Assembly: GCA_000934665.2 (NCBI GenBank)
Contig: KZ538173.1
Span: 1-64,000 of the forward strand
DNA length: 64,000 nucleotides
From: Catajapyx aquilonaris
Lineage: Eukaryota
Direction: 5' to 3'
Shown: one piece after another, positions 48,301-60,475 of the stretch
Numbering within the stretch: position 1 is the first letter of the stretch
Layout: each line of letters begins with the position of its first letter
Position numbers and translations under genes: made by a program
The notes under the pieces: generated by a model
Database searches by the model: none
What the model was told of the DNA's origin: nothing
What the model saw: only the letters and a program-made list of their open reading frames with translations

Positions 48301-48906
48301 TCTAGATGTGCAGTCGCATCGCCATGACGTCATTTCCACTCTACCATCTGAGTCCAATATGGCGCACGGTAAATTTAAAAATGGATTAAATACTACTAGT
48401 TTTCTGAGAGCAGTTCCACTTTTGAAGTACTTTAAAACAAACAGGGGCATGCTCCACACCTATTACAATTGACGTGGCTAGCCCGAGGCCAAATTAATGT
48501 TTGTGAGCGTACCGTAGGTTCATATACCCCGTGCCGGCCTGTAACTAAATTAAATTTCCAGCAGGACTTCTGTCGAAAACAACCTGTGCCGGACCAATAA
48601 AGGCCCCTGTTTCTAAAGGCTCTAGCAAAAAAAAGGCTCTCTTCTATTGGATCCAGGATTTCAATTTGAGGAACGACACCCCCGTCCTGTTCTTTCAGTT
48701 TTTTGTCTGTTTCAACAATAGTCCGAATTGGAGTGGAGTCTGACCTGATATCCGGAGATACATCCGAAGAGTCCTCTCCGCCTAGCCTTGTCCAGCACCT
48801 CCAACTCCTTGTTGTTGATGCAGTATTGCTCCCTGATGTCCTCTCGGGAATATACCGGCGTGGCCCTGCTCTTACTCCGGAACAGAGTGCCTCGCCGGCG
48901 GCCCAT
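30285..48906 (-). CDS. large PDZ and tandem PH domain protein (~2,020 aa, 16 coding exons; Pdzph1/CG43707-like)
   Basis: Exons: 48906-48745, 47718-47296, 45795-45618, 45500-45331, 42949-42697, 42628-42516, 41397-40801, ~39764-39372, 39033-38522, 37247-35872, 35693-34809, 32855-32649 (PDZ), 32031-31601 (PH1), 31296-31110, 30741-30606, 30336-30285 (PH2, stop). Junctions are phase-consistent GT-AG; the 39764 acceptor and the start codon are uncertain. Confidence 0.85.
30606..30741 (-). CDS. PDZ-PH-PH gene exon, second half of PH2 ([10 protein letters not shown]...[13 protein letters not shown])
   Basis: CAG acceptor 30744-30742, AG|GTACGG donor, open frame not shown in the ORF track. Confidence 0.9.
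31110..31296 (-). CDS. PDZ-PH-PH gene exon, start of PH2 ([22 protein letters not shown])
   Basis: Classic PH beta1-beta2 motif, CAG acceptor, G|GTGCG donor. Confidence 0.92.
31601..32031 (-). CDS. PDZ-PH-PH gene exon, end of PDZ and PH1 (AGYLWKLG...[10 protein letters not shown])
   Basis: PH motif, CAG|GTACAC donor. Exon start is 32031 or the in-frame alternative 32049. Confidence 0.92.
32649..32855 (-). CDS. PDZ-PH-PH gene exon, PDZ domain ([34 protein letters not shown])
   Basis: GLGF-type loop and canonical PDZ spacing, TTTTTTTCCCCAG acceptor, G|GTAAG donor. Confidence 0.95.
33660..33819 (-). CDS. candidate alternative first coding exon of a short PDZ-PH-PH isoform
   Basis: attATGG strong context, 53 codons plus G, donor G|GTAAGG in phase 1, matching the PDZ exon. 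Confidence 0.55.
34809..35693 (-). CDS. PDZ-PH-PH gene exon (charged/acidic region, [25 protein letters not shown])
   Basis: TTTTTAG acceptor, G|GTAAG donor, long open frame. Confidence 0.9.
35872..37247 (-). CDS. PDZ-PH-PH gene exon (Ser/Arg-rich disordered region)
   Basis: TATTTCAG acceptor, G|GTGAGT donor, 1376-nt open frame. Confidence 0.9.
38522..39033 (-). CDS. PDZ-PH-PH gene exon ([22 protein letters not shown])
   Basis: CTCCTAG acceptor, GA|GTGAGT donor, phases match neighbours. Confidence 0.88.
39372..39764 (-). CDS. PDZ-PH-PH gene exon ([22 protein letters not shown]); 5' boundary uncertain
   Basis: CAG|GTGTGG donor in phase 0. Only GAG acceptors are available in phase 0 at its 5' end. 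Confidence 0.7.
40801..41397 (-). CDS. PDZ-PH-PH gene exon ([12 protein letters not shown]...[11 protein letters not shown])
   Basis: TTTTTAATAAG acceptor, GAG|GTAAGG donor, 199 codons. Confidence 0.88.
42143..42274. mobile_element. 132-bp intronic MITE/hairpin, TA target duplication
   Basis: TA|CAGTATTGGTCATATATCGAGGCAAC ... GTTGCCTCGATATATGACCAATACTG|TA perfect 26-bp TIRs, plus inner stem GCAGAAGAAGGAATC/GATTCCTTCTTCTGC. Confidence 0.88.
42516..42628 (-). CDS. PDZ-PH-PH gene exon ([37 protein letters not shown])
   Basis: TTTTTGCCCTGCAG acceptor after a 68-nt intron, AGA|GTATGA donor. Confidence 0.85.
42697..42949 (-). CDS. PDZ-PH-PH gene exon ([14 protein letters not shown]...EMAKALMQ)
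   Basis: TTCTTAATTAG acceptor, CAAG|GTGGGT donor, 84 codons plus 1 nt open. Absent from the ORF track. Confidence 0.82.
43504..43830. mobile_element. intronic foldback MITE, ~130-bp arms, apparent TAA target duplication (PIF/Harbinger-like)
   Basis: TAA|GTGGAAATCTTGCACATATAGGCCCTTACTTC ... GAAGTAAGGGCCTATATGTGCAAGATTTCCAC|TAA. Arms 43504-43632 and 43700-43830. Confidence 0.85.
44368..44527 (-). mobile_element. older copy of the 17349 tRNA-SINE family
   Basis: Minus strand shares GCCTTCCAC, CTCTGAGGTC, CAGAGGATAC and a GGGGTTCTCCCATTTTCTCCCA core with the 17349 copy, with CpG-type decay. Confidence 0.75.
45331..45500 (-). CDS. PDZ-PH-PH gene exon (Thr-rich; [16 protein letters not shown])
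   Basis: TGTTTGCAG acceptor, CAG|GTAGAA donor, phases fit. Confidence 0.8.
45618..45795 (-). CDS. PDZ-PH-PH gene exon ([23 protein letters not shown]...AMMPE)
   Basis: GATTTTCAG acceptor, G|GTGTGT donor. The reading frame differs from the ORF-track frame. Confidence 0.75.
47296..47718 (-). CDS. PDZ-PH-PH gene exon ([10 protein letters not shown]..., Gly/Pro-rich)
   Basis: CCCCGTTTCAG acceptor, AGG|GTGAGT donor, 141 codons. Confidence 0.82.
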
Positions 48907-48954
48907 AATCTCATCGTCCGAGTCGTACGTTATCACCTCCGCCGAAAGGTCCAC
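48745..48954 (-). CDS. 5'-most recognisable coding exon ([30 protein letters not shown]), ATG at 48906
   Basis: TTTTTGATTATTCAG acceptor at 48955, CAG|GTCAGA donor in phase 0. The acceptor implies further upstream exon(s). Confidence 0.75.
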
Positions 48955-51900
48955 CTGAATAATCAAAAATCGGTTAGAATCGAATATTGTTTGGTCGAGT
49001 CGGTGGCAGCCCTTCTTTTGTTGAGTGGGGAGAGGTACCCGGGGCGAAACTCTCGGAGGAACAGATTACAACACTTCTCCATTAAGCAATCTAGGGAGCG
49101 GGGCTGCAACTTTCCTGGCCCTCGTGTAGCTTTGTGCGTCTACTTGCAACTCCCAGAACGGGAAATGAGAAATTGAGTCACTGCCACGTGAATTATAATA
49201 AGCCCAACCTCGCTTCTGCAGACCTGTAGGCCTACACATCCTGTCTGGCAGGTTCGAAAACGGAATGGAAATGTGTAAAATGGGAGCAATTTCCACGCAT
49301 TTCAGCATTTATTTTAGGTACAATATCCCATGTGTGTTTTCTCGGTACACATACCACTATTGTTCGATGAGCAAGTGTAACGTGGCGTAGCAATATTGAA
49401 ATTGTACGGTTGGCCGAATGAATATTTAAACGAAATTGTCAATATTTCAGTCAGAAATGGCATAATCAGTAGCTTTCCTGGTACAGGTACAGGAAAAAAA
49501 TATATTGTTAACATAAAAGGATGAGTTTGTTGTGGTCTGTTGACTTCATGTAAATGGTTTCGAGGGAGTCAAACCATAAGGGCTTGGCAGAAACCATTAT
49601 AATAAGAGCAGCCATTTTTGCATCTCACTAAATGAAAATGGCTACAGTTACACACAGCGCCATCTGGTGACACCAATATGGCGTCACTCCTCCCAAACTG
49701 TTGAACACCTTTTTTTCACCATATTTTTTCAAGGTTCTCCGGTTTCGTTAACCTAGCCTTAAATTTTCTGCCAAGTTATAGTGGCTGCGGAATGCCCCGT
49801 GGCGTCTGCCACCCCCCCCCTTCCTCCACCTTCTCAGTGACTTTCATCTTAAAAGGGGAGTCGGAAGCAGTGCGCCAGGCTCGGCTACGTGCTTCCGGGC
49901 ACAAAGCTGCCTCTTGCGACTCTAAAATTCCAGCAAAGGACAGGAAAGGCCTTCCCTTTTTTGGGGCTTTCGCATCAGCATTCAACACTTGGCCGTACCC
50001 CACTTATTTGGCCTCTTAACGATGCCTTTTGAACTTTTTTTTTAGAAGCCTGACCCCGCCCCGAAATCGCCACGAACATATTTTCCTAAAGGCGTATTCA
50101 ATCTTGTTGACCGCATAGCAGGTGGTGCCTTCAATTAGCTAATTGCAAACACTTCCAGATAGTGCGTCCCTAGGTTACAAACATATTATTCAAAGTGCCT
50201 CAATTTTGAACAATACCCTTATCAGAAGACTAGACGATGACTTGTAATGCAAATACTTGGACTAGAAAAGGCAATATTTGAAATTTCCCAGCGGGTAAAT
50301 GCAACTTGAGATTTAGCTCAATATTGGGAATAAGTTCTCCTCCAAGTCATCTCATGCATGACAATGACCCCTCTTCGTCCCCCTATTGGCCCGAGGGACA
50401 GCATCCGTTCAGATATCAACCAATTGTCACCCAGAACTGATTTGATGGGCATGCCACCCTGATATATGGAAGTGCTCCTTGGAGAAGGAGGCTTTCGGAA
50501 TGACAAATTCCTACTAGGATCCCTCACGCCACTACTTGGATGTAGAAGTGAAAGTTCCCTGCGTTTTGGACCCCCCTCCTTTTCCGCCCCTACCATCCTA
50601 AGAAAATGACGCCATTACTTTGTCGGGAGTGTCGGGGCGATGACAAAGGCGTCTCTCGTTTTCCCTCTTTGATGCCGAGAGACTATCCGGCTCGAAAACC
50701 TCTTAAATCCCGACCCCCACCTGACAAATTCAGCCCCGCGACTCTTATAATCGAATCGAGTTCGTTCCCAAAATGCGCAAGTCGGAGCCCTAGAAACCCC
50801 AGACATTTCTTTATGTTTTTGCTAGAAAACCATTTTCACGTCTCATTTCGCAAATAGAGGCTTTTTAGTGACGGATTACAAATTTGGAGCATGATTTAAG
50901 GTTGGTACTACAAATTAGTGAGTATGCAGAAAGCAAAACTGACTCTAAGACCTCCCCATAACCCTAGCCAGCTTCCATTAGACTTTGCCAACTTGCTAAC
51001 CCGGTTACACAGTAATGAGGCTCAGCTTCTTAATCTTGCCCTAATAATTTCTGCTATCAAGAACCGTCGAGGGCTATAGGTTGGAAGCACAGAAATAGTC
51101 CAATTAAGATCATCAACCTTCGTTATCTTTTCTGCAAAGAGGAAAAAGAAGCCTCGGGAGGCAAAGCTGCAAAATAAGAAGCAAATTGCATTAAAAAGGG
51201 GTGAAAGGCGAGAGAAAACGTGCTGCTTCGATCCATGGAATAAAAAATGAGATTCGTATTAAATGCGGTTGGTAAACCGAGGGTGGTTACGCTCCGGGGG
51301 TCTCGCCATCGCCAATCAATAGCTGGGGAAACCTGATGAATATTCGATCTGGCATGGAATAACTGGAAAGATAAATACTTCATTAGCCTTTCCCCCTCTC
51401 AACATGGTGCGCATCAGTTTTGGGTGTGGCAGCAGGCCACCTCAGATACCTGCTTAATGTCCCCCTTTCTCCCTTAGCACCATGTTAATAAATGGATCAT
51501 AATGAACGCTTGGAACAAAGCCCTTGCCCGGGAGGCCTGATGAAGAGACATTTTGCTTATTGTACATTCCAGCACAGAAAATGAGAGCATAAGACCGCTC
51601 TCTAATGAAACGCTATTTGACACCACTCAAAATATGAGTGTCAGGTAGTTTATGCAACAGAACTCAATTAAAGGGAAGGTGAAATAATATTAATATTCAG
51701 CTCTACTATAATGTTCCAGCAAAGCAGGGTTCCATTAGAGGAGATTAACCGAGACTCTGGAGAATGTCGAGGGTGCCTGAGACTAAACTGAGCTCCGTAT
51801 CTACATACATAGCTAGGAGAAGCCTGGAGAAACTTTTCATCCCTGTAGGTAAAAGCATGCTATCCAACAATCCCCCCACTCTGGCAAGGAAACAAGACAG

Positions 51901-54113
51901 AATTATTCATAAAGACCAAGCAAACACACGACTTCCTCTCTGAGAACGATATATCACGCAGGCTCTATCCATACCCAATTACAAGCGTTGTTGCGGATTG
52001 GGTTGGCTAATTAATTCCGCTCACACTATGCCCAGGAAAATTACGGAGCAGTTAAAACCAACAAGCTGGGCTGTCGACTTGTTGTCCTCGAGTCATAAAT
52101 TTAGCGATTTCGTATCCAGCTTTGTGGGGAAGAAACATGGACTTGAACGTACCCTGGCGAGCCACGAAGATCTTAAGGAAACATTTATTGCTGTTGAATT
52201 TGCTGACTTTGGCTGGAAGGCAAACAGTGGATCGGTTTGCAAGAGCTGATTAATATTGGGGAATATTATTTTGCTACCGAGAGCTTGGTAACGTGAAGCG
52301 AAATCATCAGAAGGAGTGTACGGCTGTATATAGAAACTTTTTCAATGCTATACAACAGGTCAGAATTGGAGTCACGTAAATATTGTGCCAAAGTTAGATT
52401 ACTTGAAAATTTTAATATGTTTAAAACATCTATGCACTTTCCAAGTCTTAATCACATTATTCAATAAGACCTGCTTGCTAGAATATCTGAGCCAGAGATG
52501 AAAAAAAAAAATGGTAAAAACTAGATTTGTTCCAATTTGCGTCATTTTGCTCAAATGAACCACAGTTTTCAAGAAGTTTGTTCAGTAATAAGTTCACAGT
52601 ATTATTTGAAAAGTCTCTCAATTTATGTGTGCTTTGCCAGCCAGGACTGCATAAGTCAAAACTGACTTTGAAAGCTGGATATATCCTTCGTTTTCAATGG
52701 ACGCCATCTCTGAGCACCGCCTAAATCATCCCTCAAGAGCACTTGGCGGGGAAAAAGTGCACTTCAGAAACCCCCCCATAATTGGCCAATGGACGGGTTC
52801 TGTCTAGCACACTTCATTACATCCAACGAAGAAAAAGGAGCGATTGAATTTTTGTTTCTTCTAGTCGCCACTTGAGGCCGTGGTTATCAGACCTTTTTAG
52901 CCATCCGTAAAAGATGCCCTCCATCTTCGGAGCACAATCAAAGAGCTGCAGAGTTTCTTTTCAGCCTTTTAATTGGATTTTGGGCCTCCAAGGTACGTAT
53001 CTCCGGAGCGGGGCCTTCCTGGCCATTAAGGTGAATGGGAAGGGGTTGAAGAGGGTGGGAAATACAGTGGAAGATACTGTGTGTATCCGGGAGGGCATCG
53101 CTCTTCTGCTGCATTGTTGGATGATGCAAGCCTAGTTTCAATCTAGCCCTCGTTTATGCCCGCTCCGGATTCATTGTTATGTATCTAGTGTCATAAATCA
53201 ACTGACCCAAAGTGCGCTTTGCTGCGTCTAGTGGTATTGTGTGGGATATATTAAAGTTCACGTTATGGTCACCTACGAATGAACAGGGTGTTATGGCGTG
53301 TAGACCTATGAATCGTTATAAAACCTGCATCGGCTTGGTTCACAATGGGGAGGTAGCTCGCTAGGGGCTGTTGATAGTATATTGCGAAGATGCAAAAATT
53401 CAAATCATAGGCTCTCTGAGGGTAGTTGTGGGATATAATATTTTATAACAACAATATTATGTTTGCTTGATATGCTTTAGCTCAGTATGTTAGGTTGAAT
53501 AATACCGAATCATAATAAACATACTATTCTACAGACAAAATTACAAAACAATTTGTTGGTAAGTTATAACTTGTATATGCGTCGTTTTACAATTTACAGT
53601 GTTTGCAGCACTGTCTACAGTATATAGGCCTATACATCGCACAGGTACTAAACATACATTTCTGTTTATTCATACCAGCTACTTCCTCAACACTTTCGAC
53701 AGCTGTAGTATGTGTAAGTGTAACTGCATAACTAGGTTCGGTACAGTGCTCCAACTTGGCCTTCAGACTAGGTCGATATAATGGTCATCCACAAAACCAC
53801 ATCACAGCGTTTCTAACTTTGCTTAACATTTAATTATCCAAATGTCACTGAACCACTTGACATAATAATTTTTACATATAAACGAACAAAAAAACTAACA
53901 TACATGCTAACATACACTGTACAACCTGCGTGAAGAATCGATCCAAAATCTCAGCTCTATATTTTGTCGCAAACAAAAACTACAGCATCCCATTTCCAGC
54001 CAAGCTCTTCACACAATATTTATGAGCTAGATTCCGCCAGGTAAGTAACCCCACTCCATCTTTTAGTGTCCCACAGGACTCGATCACACACAAAAAAGTG
54101 CAAATTGGCTTAC

Positions 54114-54205
54114 CTGGACGCAGGCGTCGACCTGGTCCGAACTGGAACGTGGATCGAAGACGACGTCTCTTAAGTTGGGGGTGCTCCCCGCCTTCCCCAC
54201 GGAAG
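54114..54205 (-). other. possible upstream (5' UTR or coding) exon of the PDZ-PH-PH gene
   Basis: CTTCTCCCTTGCAG acceptor and CAG|GTAAGC donor bound 92 nt. No homology support. Confidence 0.3.
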
Positions 54206-57200
54206 CTGCAAGGGAGAAGCCACTCCATTAATTCCTAGTCACACCTACTACGATACCACCATGCAACCAACCAACTGGGGTCATAATTATCCCTGGGACT
54301 CGTGGCACATCCAGAAACTCGCAAAAAAAAGAGAGGTTGATGAATTGAGGAGGATTTCCTTTCTTAGATGGTGAAATGTCACCATGGAGGATTGTGTCTC
54401 CTCCGTGGGGCATTGTCATTACTTTTTGGGGAAACAGATGGCGGCCACTGGATTCTGGAAGATTGCTCTCGTCCCAGGGACTCTTCCCCCCATACATTCA
54501 TTATACCGTCCCCCTAACTTGTCCGCTCTTTTTTTATTATGTTGCTGGCGAAAATAAAATTGCATGTCAGAGAGGTGCGTAGTGGGCTTGTTCGTGTTAA
54601 CTTGGTGAGGCCGAAAAGTTTTATAATGGCCCTACCAAAAAGTTAGTTACCCAAACACTGTTCGGGTGGTCTAACAGGAGCGAACCAACAGGGGGGGATT
54701 GGGTAGAAAATCTCAACTGGTTGAAAATAAATCTCATCAAAATCCCTTTGTGCTTAGAATCAATTTACAGAGGGCACAGGAAACATCCGACACAAAAGCC
54801 TGGAACGCGGGAGTTACTGGAATAAAAAAAAAAACTAGAGGCACACATTTCATCGCGTTCGATTGGACAGAAAAAGGTCCATGCTTCATGTTGCAATTCC
54901 GACTGACTGATTAGATTTAGCAAAGGTTCAATTGGAAAGATCTGCTTATAGGATAGAAAATCCTAGTTTCTGGAAATGTGAAATCTGAGAACTCTGAATG
55001 CATACAAATGCTGCTAATTAGTCTAATGCGTAATCTGATTCAGATATTACACTTTATGGCTAATCATAACGGATCTGATCCGATTAGGTTTAGCCTCTCA
55101 TTGCTATAGGCTCCGGTTGGATGCATTTGAAACATTGTAATTACCTCATCACTCTTTATACGTATAGAGTACGAGTTTTATGTACATCAAAACTATTAAA
55201 ACTATTAATTCTGTCAAGGCACTGCTACCGTACAGTATAGTACAAAAATGTCAAAATTGCATATTTTGGCAATAGGACCAGTTGTAAGCCAATATTGCTG
55301 TCGCCATACAGCAGTAACATGAGACTGAATGCACGACCTGAGCGCCACCAAGCAGACTAACATGGTATCCTCGAAGCATTGAAACATTCTTGTCACACAC
55401 AAGATCACAACCAGGTTCAAATCACCCCACTCTTTCAAAGCACCTCCGGATCCATCCCTTATACATCAGAAATAAATATATAGACGCCTCAGACACATTC
55501 TTTGATCCAATAATCCTGACTAATACATCCCAATTTATTTCCTGCTCCGTGATTGTTATTTTGAACAAGGGGGGAAAGGAGCGGAGACTTTTGCAATTCA
55601 TCTCTGATCCCCCAGCTGAAAAGTAGGGTGGGGGGAGATTAACGAGATCCCAACCTAGGGGTTGGAGAGATGAGTCTCGCAATCTCCACAGGTCATCGAT
55701 TGCCAATGTCGACAACTTCATTGCGGCGATCAAGAATGAATTCAACGGAATAAAAAAAAAGGGGGAAAAAAGTCGATTATCTAGCAGTCAAAAAACGTCG
55801 ACGTGATCGTTCCTGGTTGCAATTTTCCAAGCGGGACATTATGACAGTGCAGCGTGCCATGGCAACCAAAATTCTTTAATTTTTTCTTCACTGGACGAAA
55901 ATCAATTCTAAGAGACCCCCCGAACTTCCATTTTTTATCTGCTCAGTAAATTGGCAAAGTTTTTCATCAAGACCACATTGTTTTTGCTTAATTAGCAAAG
56001 ATAATAATTTGGCCAAGTTCAGAGCGTCTGCAGATTTTTTTTATGAAGCTGCAGGCGGTACGTACTTCATAGAAAAAGATTAGATTACGTTCAGGCCACG
56101 CCCTAAAATTTCTGTGCACATCTCCTGAGGTTATTCGCTAGTGTTTACTCTAAGTCAACGACGTTTGATCGTAACTTTTTTTTAAAGGCTTCTGAAGTTG
56201 TTCTAGCAAAAGAAACAAGAAGCCCTTTTAATGTCATGTCAGCCTCTAACCTGAAAAACAAACTGCTCGTCCGAACCGTTTACTCATCTGATTCATCTTA
56301 TTTTGAAAAAATATCCTCCAGTCCCCCCCTTATAAAAATTCAACCAATATATGTTGACTCTCTAAATTAAACCCGCTCCTTTCTACATTTCAAATGATCA
56401 CTTGCGCATCTTTTTTCATGGAACAAAGTAGCACTCTGAAAAAAAAAACCCCCCGGATGTTCCTTTGGTCCTGTTTGCACAAGCCTCTGGAGAACTGAGT
56501 CTGGAACTGAAAAGCCAACCTTCCTGGAACTTCTAAAAAGAGGCAGTGAAGTAGGCAAGTGTGAGAGGCGAAAACCTATCACTTTTCTCTTCTAGCACAG
56601 GAGTGGACAGGAGGATCCGGATCCATTTTTGCCTGGAGCTGCATTTCCAATTCGGGTCGAAAAAAAAAACCCCTGCGAACTAGAGAGGGATGGGAGGGGA
56701 TGCTGCAACGGACGATCAATGATGTTCCAATTACCAGGTGGCAAGTTCCGTTATCTCTCAGCATTTCGTGTCGTCTTCATTGGATTCGGCAGAGATGGAA
56801 AGTAAAGTGACTCGAGCGAGACGTCCTTCTTGGGGGTAAAAATAATAATAAAAAAAAGACGATGGATAAGATATTGACGGTTTTCCATTTGCGATAGGGA
56901 TCGTTTCATACGTGCATGCCGGAAATTTAAACGAAACTCGTTTAAGACAAGGGTTTGAAGAGGTTGTAAAAATGGAGGAGGGTTGACAATCATTTATGTA
57001 AATGGTTGTTTTCAAGCAGTGCCTTGAAACCGGCCCAAAAGCAGATAAAATTGTGTTTAAAAAAAATGAAAAGTAGGCATGAACATTATCGGAAGCACTT
57101 AACATTTAAGACTTCTTTAAAATGAGGATAACTGAACGCACTATGTTTATATGATAGATGTAAAATGCACCTTATGCTTGATGTCATTGGATAATTGCGA

Positions 57201-57357
57201 TCGAAATACCAATATCTGTAGCTTGTACTTTTGGTCAAGTTTCTGGTGTAGGTTTGAGAATCCTTTATCCGAAATTCTTGGAACGGTTTGAGATTTTAGA
57301 ATCATATTTGTTGACCTATTTGCATGTACTGTACTCTGTACTGTATGTAAAATTTGG

Positions 57358-57476
57358 TATGGGATAAACGTCTCAAATGATTTCCATAAAGATTTCTTCA
57401 TAGAGGTTTATGCGGTTTATGCATAAACCTCTATGAAGAAATGTGCATATGAATAGCATGAGACGTTTATCCCATA
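57358..57476. repeat. 119-bp hairpin (collapsed MITE-like)
   Basis: Perfect 18-bp outer stem (57358-57375/57459-57476) and perfect 22-bp inner stem (57392-57413/57421-57442) with a 7-nt loop. Confidence 0.85.
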
Positions 57477-60339
57477 ACAAAGCTGTTTACATAAATAAAA
57501 ATCTTACATAAAATTTGTATACGTACATATTACGGGCAATGATACTACTGTTATTCTACTCACATTGAATTTTTCATTTGCGACGAGTCATGTCAGAACC
57601 TTAAAAATCTTTGCATTTTTGAGGTTTTCGGTTTGTGGAATTGTGTTGCCAAAAGCGAAAACACAGTAGTAAGTTTATAGGCAAGCAATGAGACTTACTG
57701 TGTTTTCACAGAATTTAGAGTAACGGGTTCTCTACCGGTTTTCCGGTTGCAGCAACACGTAAATACAATTTGCGACTAAATTATTGTTTTTCTTCGCTCA
57801 TATACATTATAGAACCCCCTTTATACTGTGACTTTTCAGGTGATACTGTTTAGGAAAACATTGTTGTTGTACTTAATTATACTGTAGGGTGTAGGGTACC
57901 TGGTACGATTCATCCATATGGGGGAATGACTGTATTCAATTGAAGGAATCAATATTCGAATTCAAATTACAATAGGTGCGGAATGATTCAGGTACTGAAT
58001 AATAAAAAATCTCGCAAAAAATAGTCTGCAATTTTTATATTTTGCAGTAGTGATGTTGGGTCCAATTGGAATTATCAGGCTGTTCACATATTTATGTGTG
58101 TACTGATGTTAAACTATATATCAAATTATGTCTGATAAGCATGTCTGCCACGTGAGGTTCAATAAATATGTCAGAATATGCATGTTTTCCCCCAGACAAA
58201 ATCTGATGAGCAAAAATGGCACCGTACAAAAAAGTGCAGTATGGGACATGGATCGATGGCATCTGCAATTTTACACTAATTAACGTGAAAATAGGGCCGC
58301 TATTGATGATGCACTAATGTCGTTATGTCCGTGCACACACCGCAGATTTTTCATCTATTGCCAATTTACACGTTAATCATAATAGTGGCAACAAAATTAA
58401 TAGATAATTTGAAGCTAACAATGTTTTTAAAACAAGTAAGGGCAATTGAAACCTAGACACTCACATTCAATAATAGAAATATAATATTAAAATTATGGTG
58501 TTCCACACTAATAAAATTGTACAAATAAATTAGGAAAGTGAACAGGAATATTCGTTACTCAAAAATCCGTTAATAGACTAAGCCAGATATGAACAACGAA
58601 TATATAAAAAAACATAACTATTTTTAACTCTCCCTCCGGCTTCAACTATAGAACGTCAAATGCAAAAGCAAGCTCACCTGTTTACTTGCTACAGTTGATG
58701 ACGATGCTTGACACTGCCAAAGGGCTTTTGGTTACACGATTTGCTCTCCTGTACAACATAACAGCTCTCTGTGGTTGTGCATTCAAGCTCGGAATAAAAT
58801 GGCCGCCAAAATCAATACGTCCATCACAAAATATGCACAATAAAAAAAATGCAGAAAAAAGTATAACCCAACCAATTTGCCAGGGGATAGTCAGGACTCT
58901 ATTCAACGCCCGGTTTTTTCAGATGAGAGTTGAGAATTAAGCTCCTTTAGTAGTTCAATTTATCAAGTTGGATAAAATTGCAGAAGCGAGTTTTGAGAAG
59001 TTGAAAGACCTGCTTTTGGAAGAAGCGAGAGAGAGAAAAAAAAATCCCATAATAATAGATGGAAATTTGTCAGTTAATTCCGCATGTTCGAAGAGCTCTG
59101 GACGTGCTTTCCGCTTCATGTGAATGGAAGCAATAAAGGGTGGTAATTAAGTTACACTCCAATTAGCAAAGTCCAACGCCTCGGCCTTTATGCAACGTAA
59201 TTGCTTTGGATATATCGTTATTTTAATGACTAATGATGAAAAAAGATGGGCTCGTTTTCGTTTAGAAAACAACCTATATTTGAATTGGTGGCTCAAGACT
59301 AAGAAGAATCTTTTGATTCGAAACTGACTTAAAGTTTTATAAGTTGAGCTTAAACTTTCGGGTTGACCTCTTTATTACCTCTTCACTCTTATCCCAAATA
59401 TTTAACTCCAGGAGAAAAAAAAGGAAGGGAAAGTTAGGAAGTTCAGCCGAATTCTTGGCAAGCACAACAGATCCAGGCTTATATTAAACAAACTTTGTAA
59501 AGAGAAAGAATTATTGCGTCTAACTCTTTCCGACACTTTATCAACGCGCATTAAAAATGGGTATTTTAGAGTGAGTTTTCTTGTTAGTGAAAAAATTATG
59601 AACATTCGCTACGTCGCCATATTTAGATGCATTGATGCCACATTTAGCCATTGTCTAAATATTAAGTAGTGTACATATCACATTGCAATTTTTTTTCCAC
59701 GGAAGAATTGAACCACACTTAATTCTTATCGCACATAGAGCCCATAAAATCCACGGATTAAAAAACAATAGGCTTTGATATTCTCACCCCCAAAAAATGC
59801 GGCTGTAGCGGTAAACATCCACCATATCGTGGGTGTTTCAATGAAGCCGAATGGCTCACAAATCGCAGGTCATGAGAGACCTGAATGAAGCACAAGAATT
59901 AACATGATCCCTCTATATTTTAACAGCGAAAGCTCCTCAGCCGGACCACATTATGCGACGCATTACTGAATAATGGCCTGCTGGAACACGGGCTAAAAAT
60001 GGGACCAGGGCATTGTAGGACACGCCCTTCGAGGATACTGAAACCAATGGCTGGCATTAATCGCGTCAAAAATCCGCTTCTACCTTTCCGCATCGTGCTA
60101 AAGCTGACACGCGATAAAGATTGGTGTACGGTTGGGTTGTTCAAATATTGAAGTTGGACTGCAGAAAGCCTCTGAAATATAGAGTTTCGTAATAAGCCAA
60201 AAGTAGACAATGACGAAAAGTCTCGAAAATGAAATATCCTGGTTATGCACGAAAATACACAGCGACTTTTTTTAAAAATTGATATATTGTGGGTATCATA
60301 TTATTTTCTCACTCAAATTGCAGTTTTGGGCCAATGCCT

Positions 60340-60475
60340 CAGTATATTCCACCAGTAAAGGCATTCCATGGATGCCCATGGATGCTACACACATTCGAAG
60401 ACAAATCGCACGTGAATATCGGAATAGAACGACGAGGGAATTATGCAAAGTATTCTTTGATGTCAGGCAATAGTG
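60340..60475 (+). mobile_element. possible decayed PIF/Harbinger (HARBI1-like) transposase fragment
   Basis: KGIPWMPMDATHIRRQIAREYRNR resembles the GFP..IGAIDGTHI......Y.NRKG motif. Short and degenerate. Confidence 0.35.

Noticed and set aside
48355..48375. ATGGCGCACG|GTAAAT as the first exon of an antisense gene
   Set aside because: No downstream plus-strand exons found; equally explained as a YY1/Pho-like motif.
48889..48906. N-myristoylation of MGRRRG
   Set aside because: Arg at position 3 and no Ser/Thr at position 6; the true start is also uncertain.
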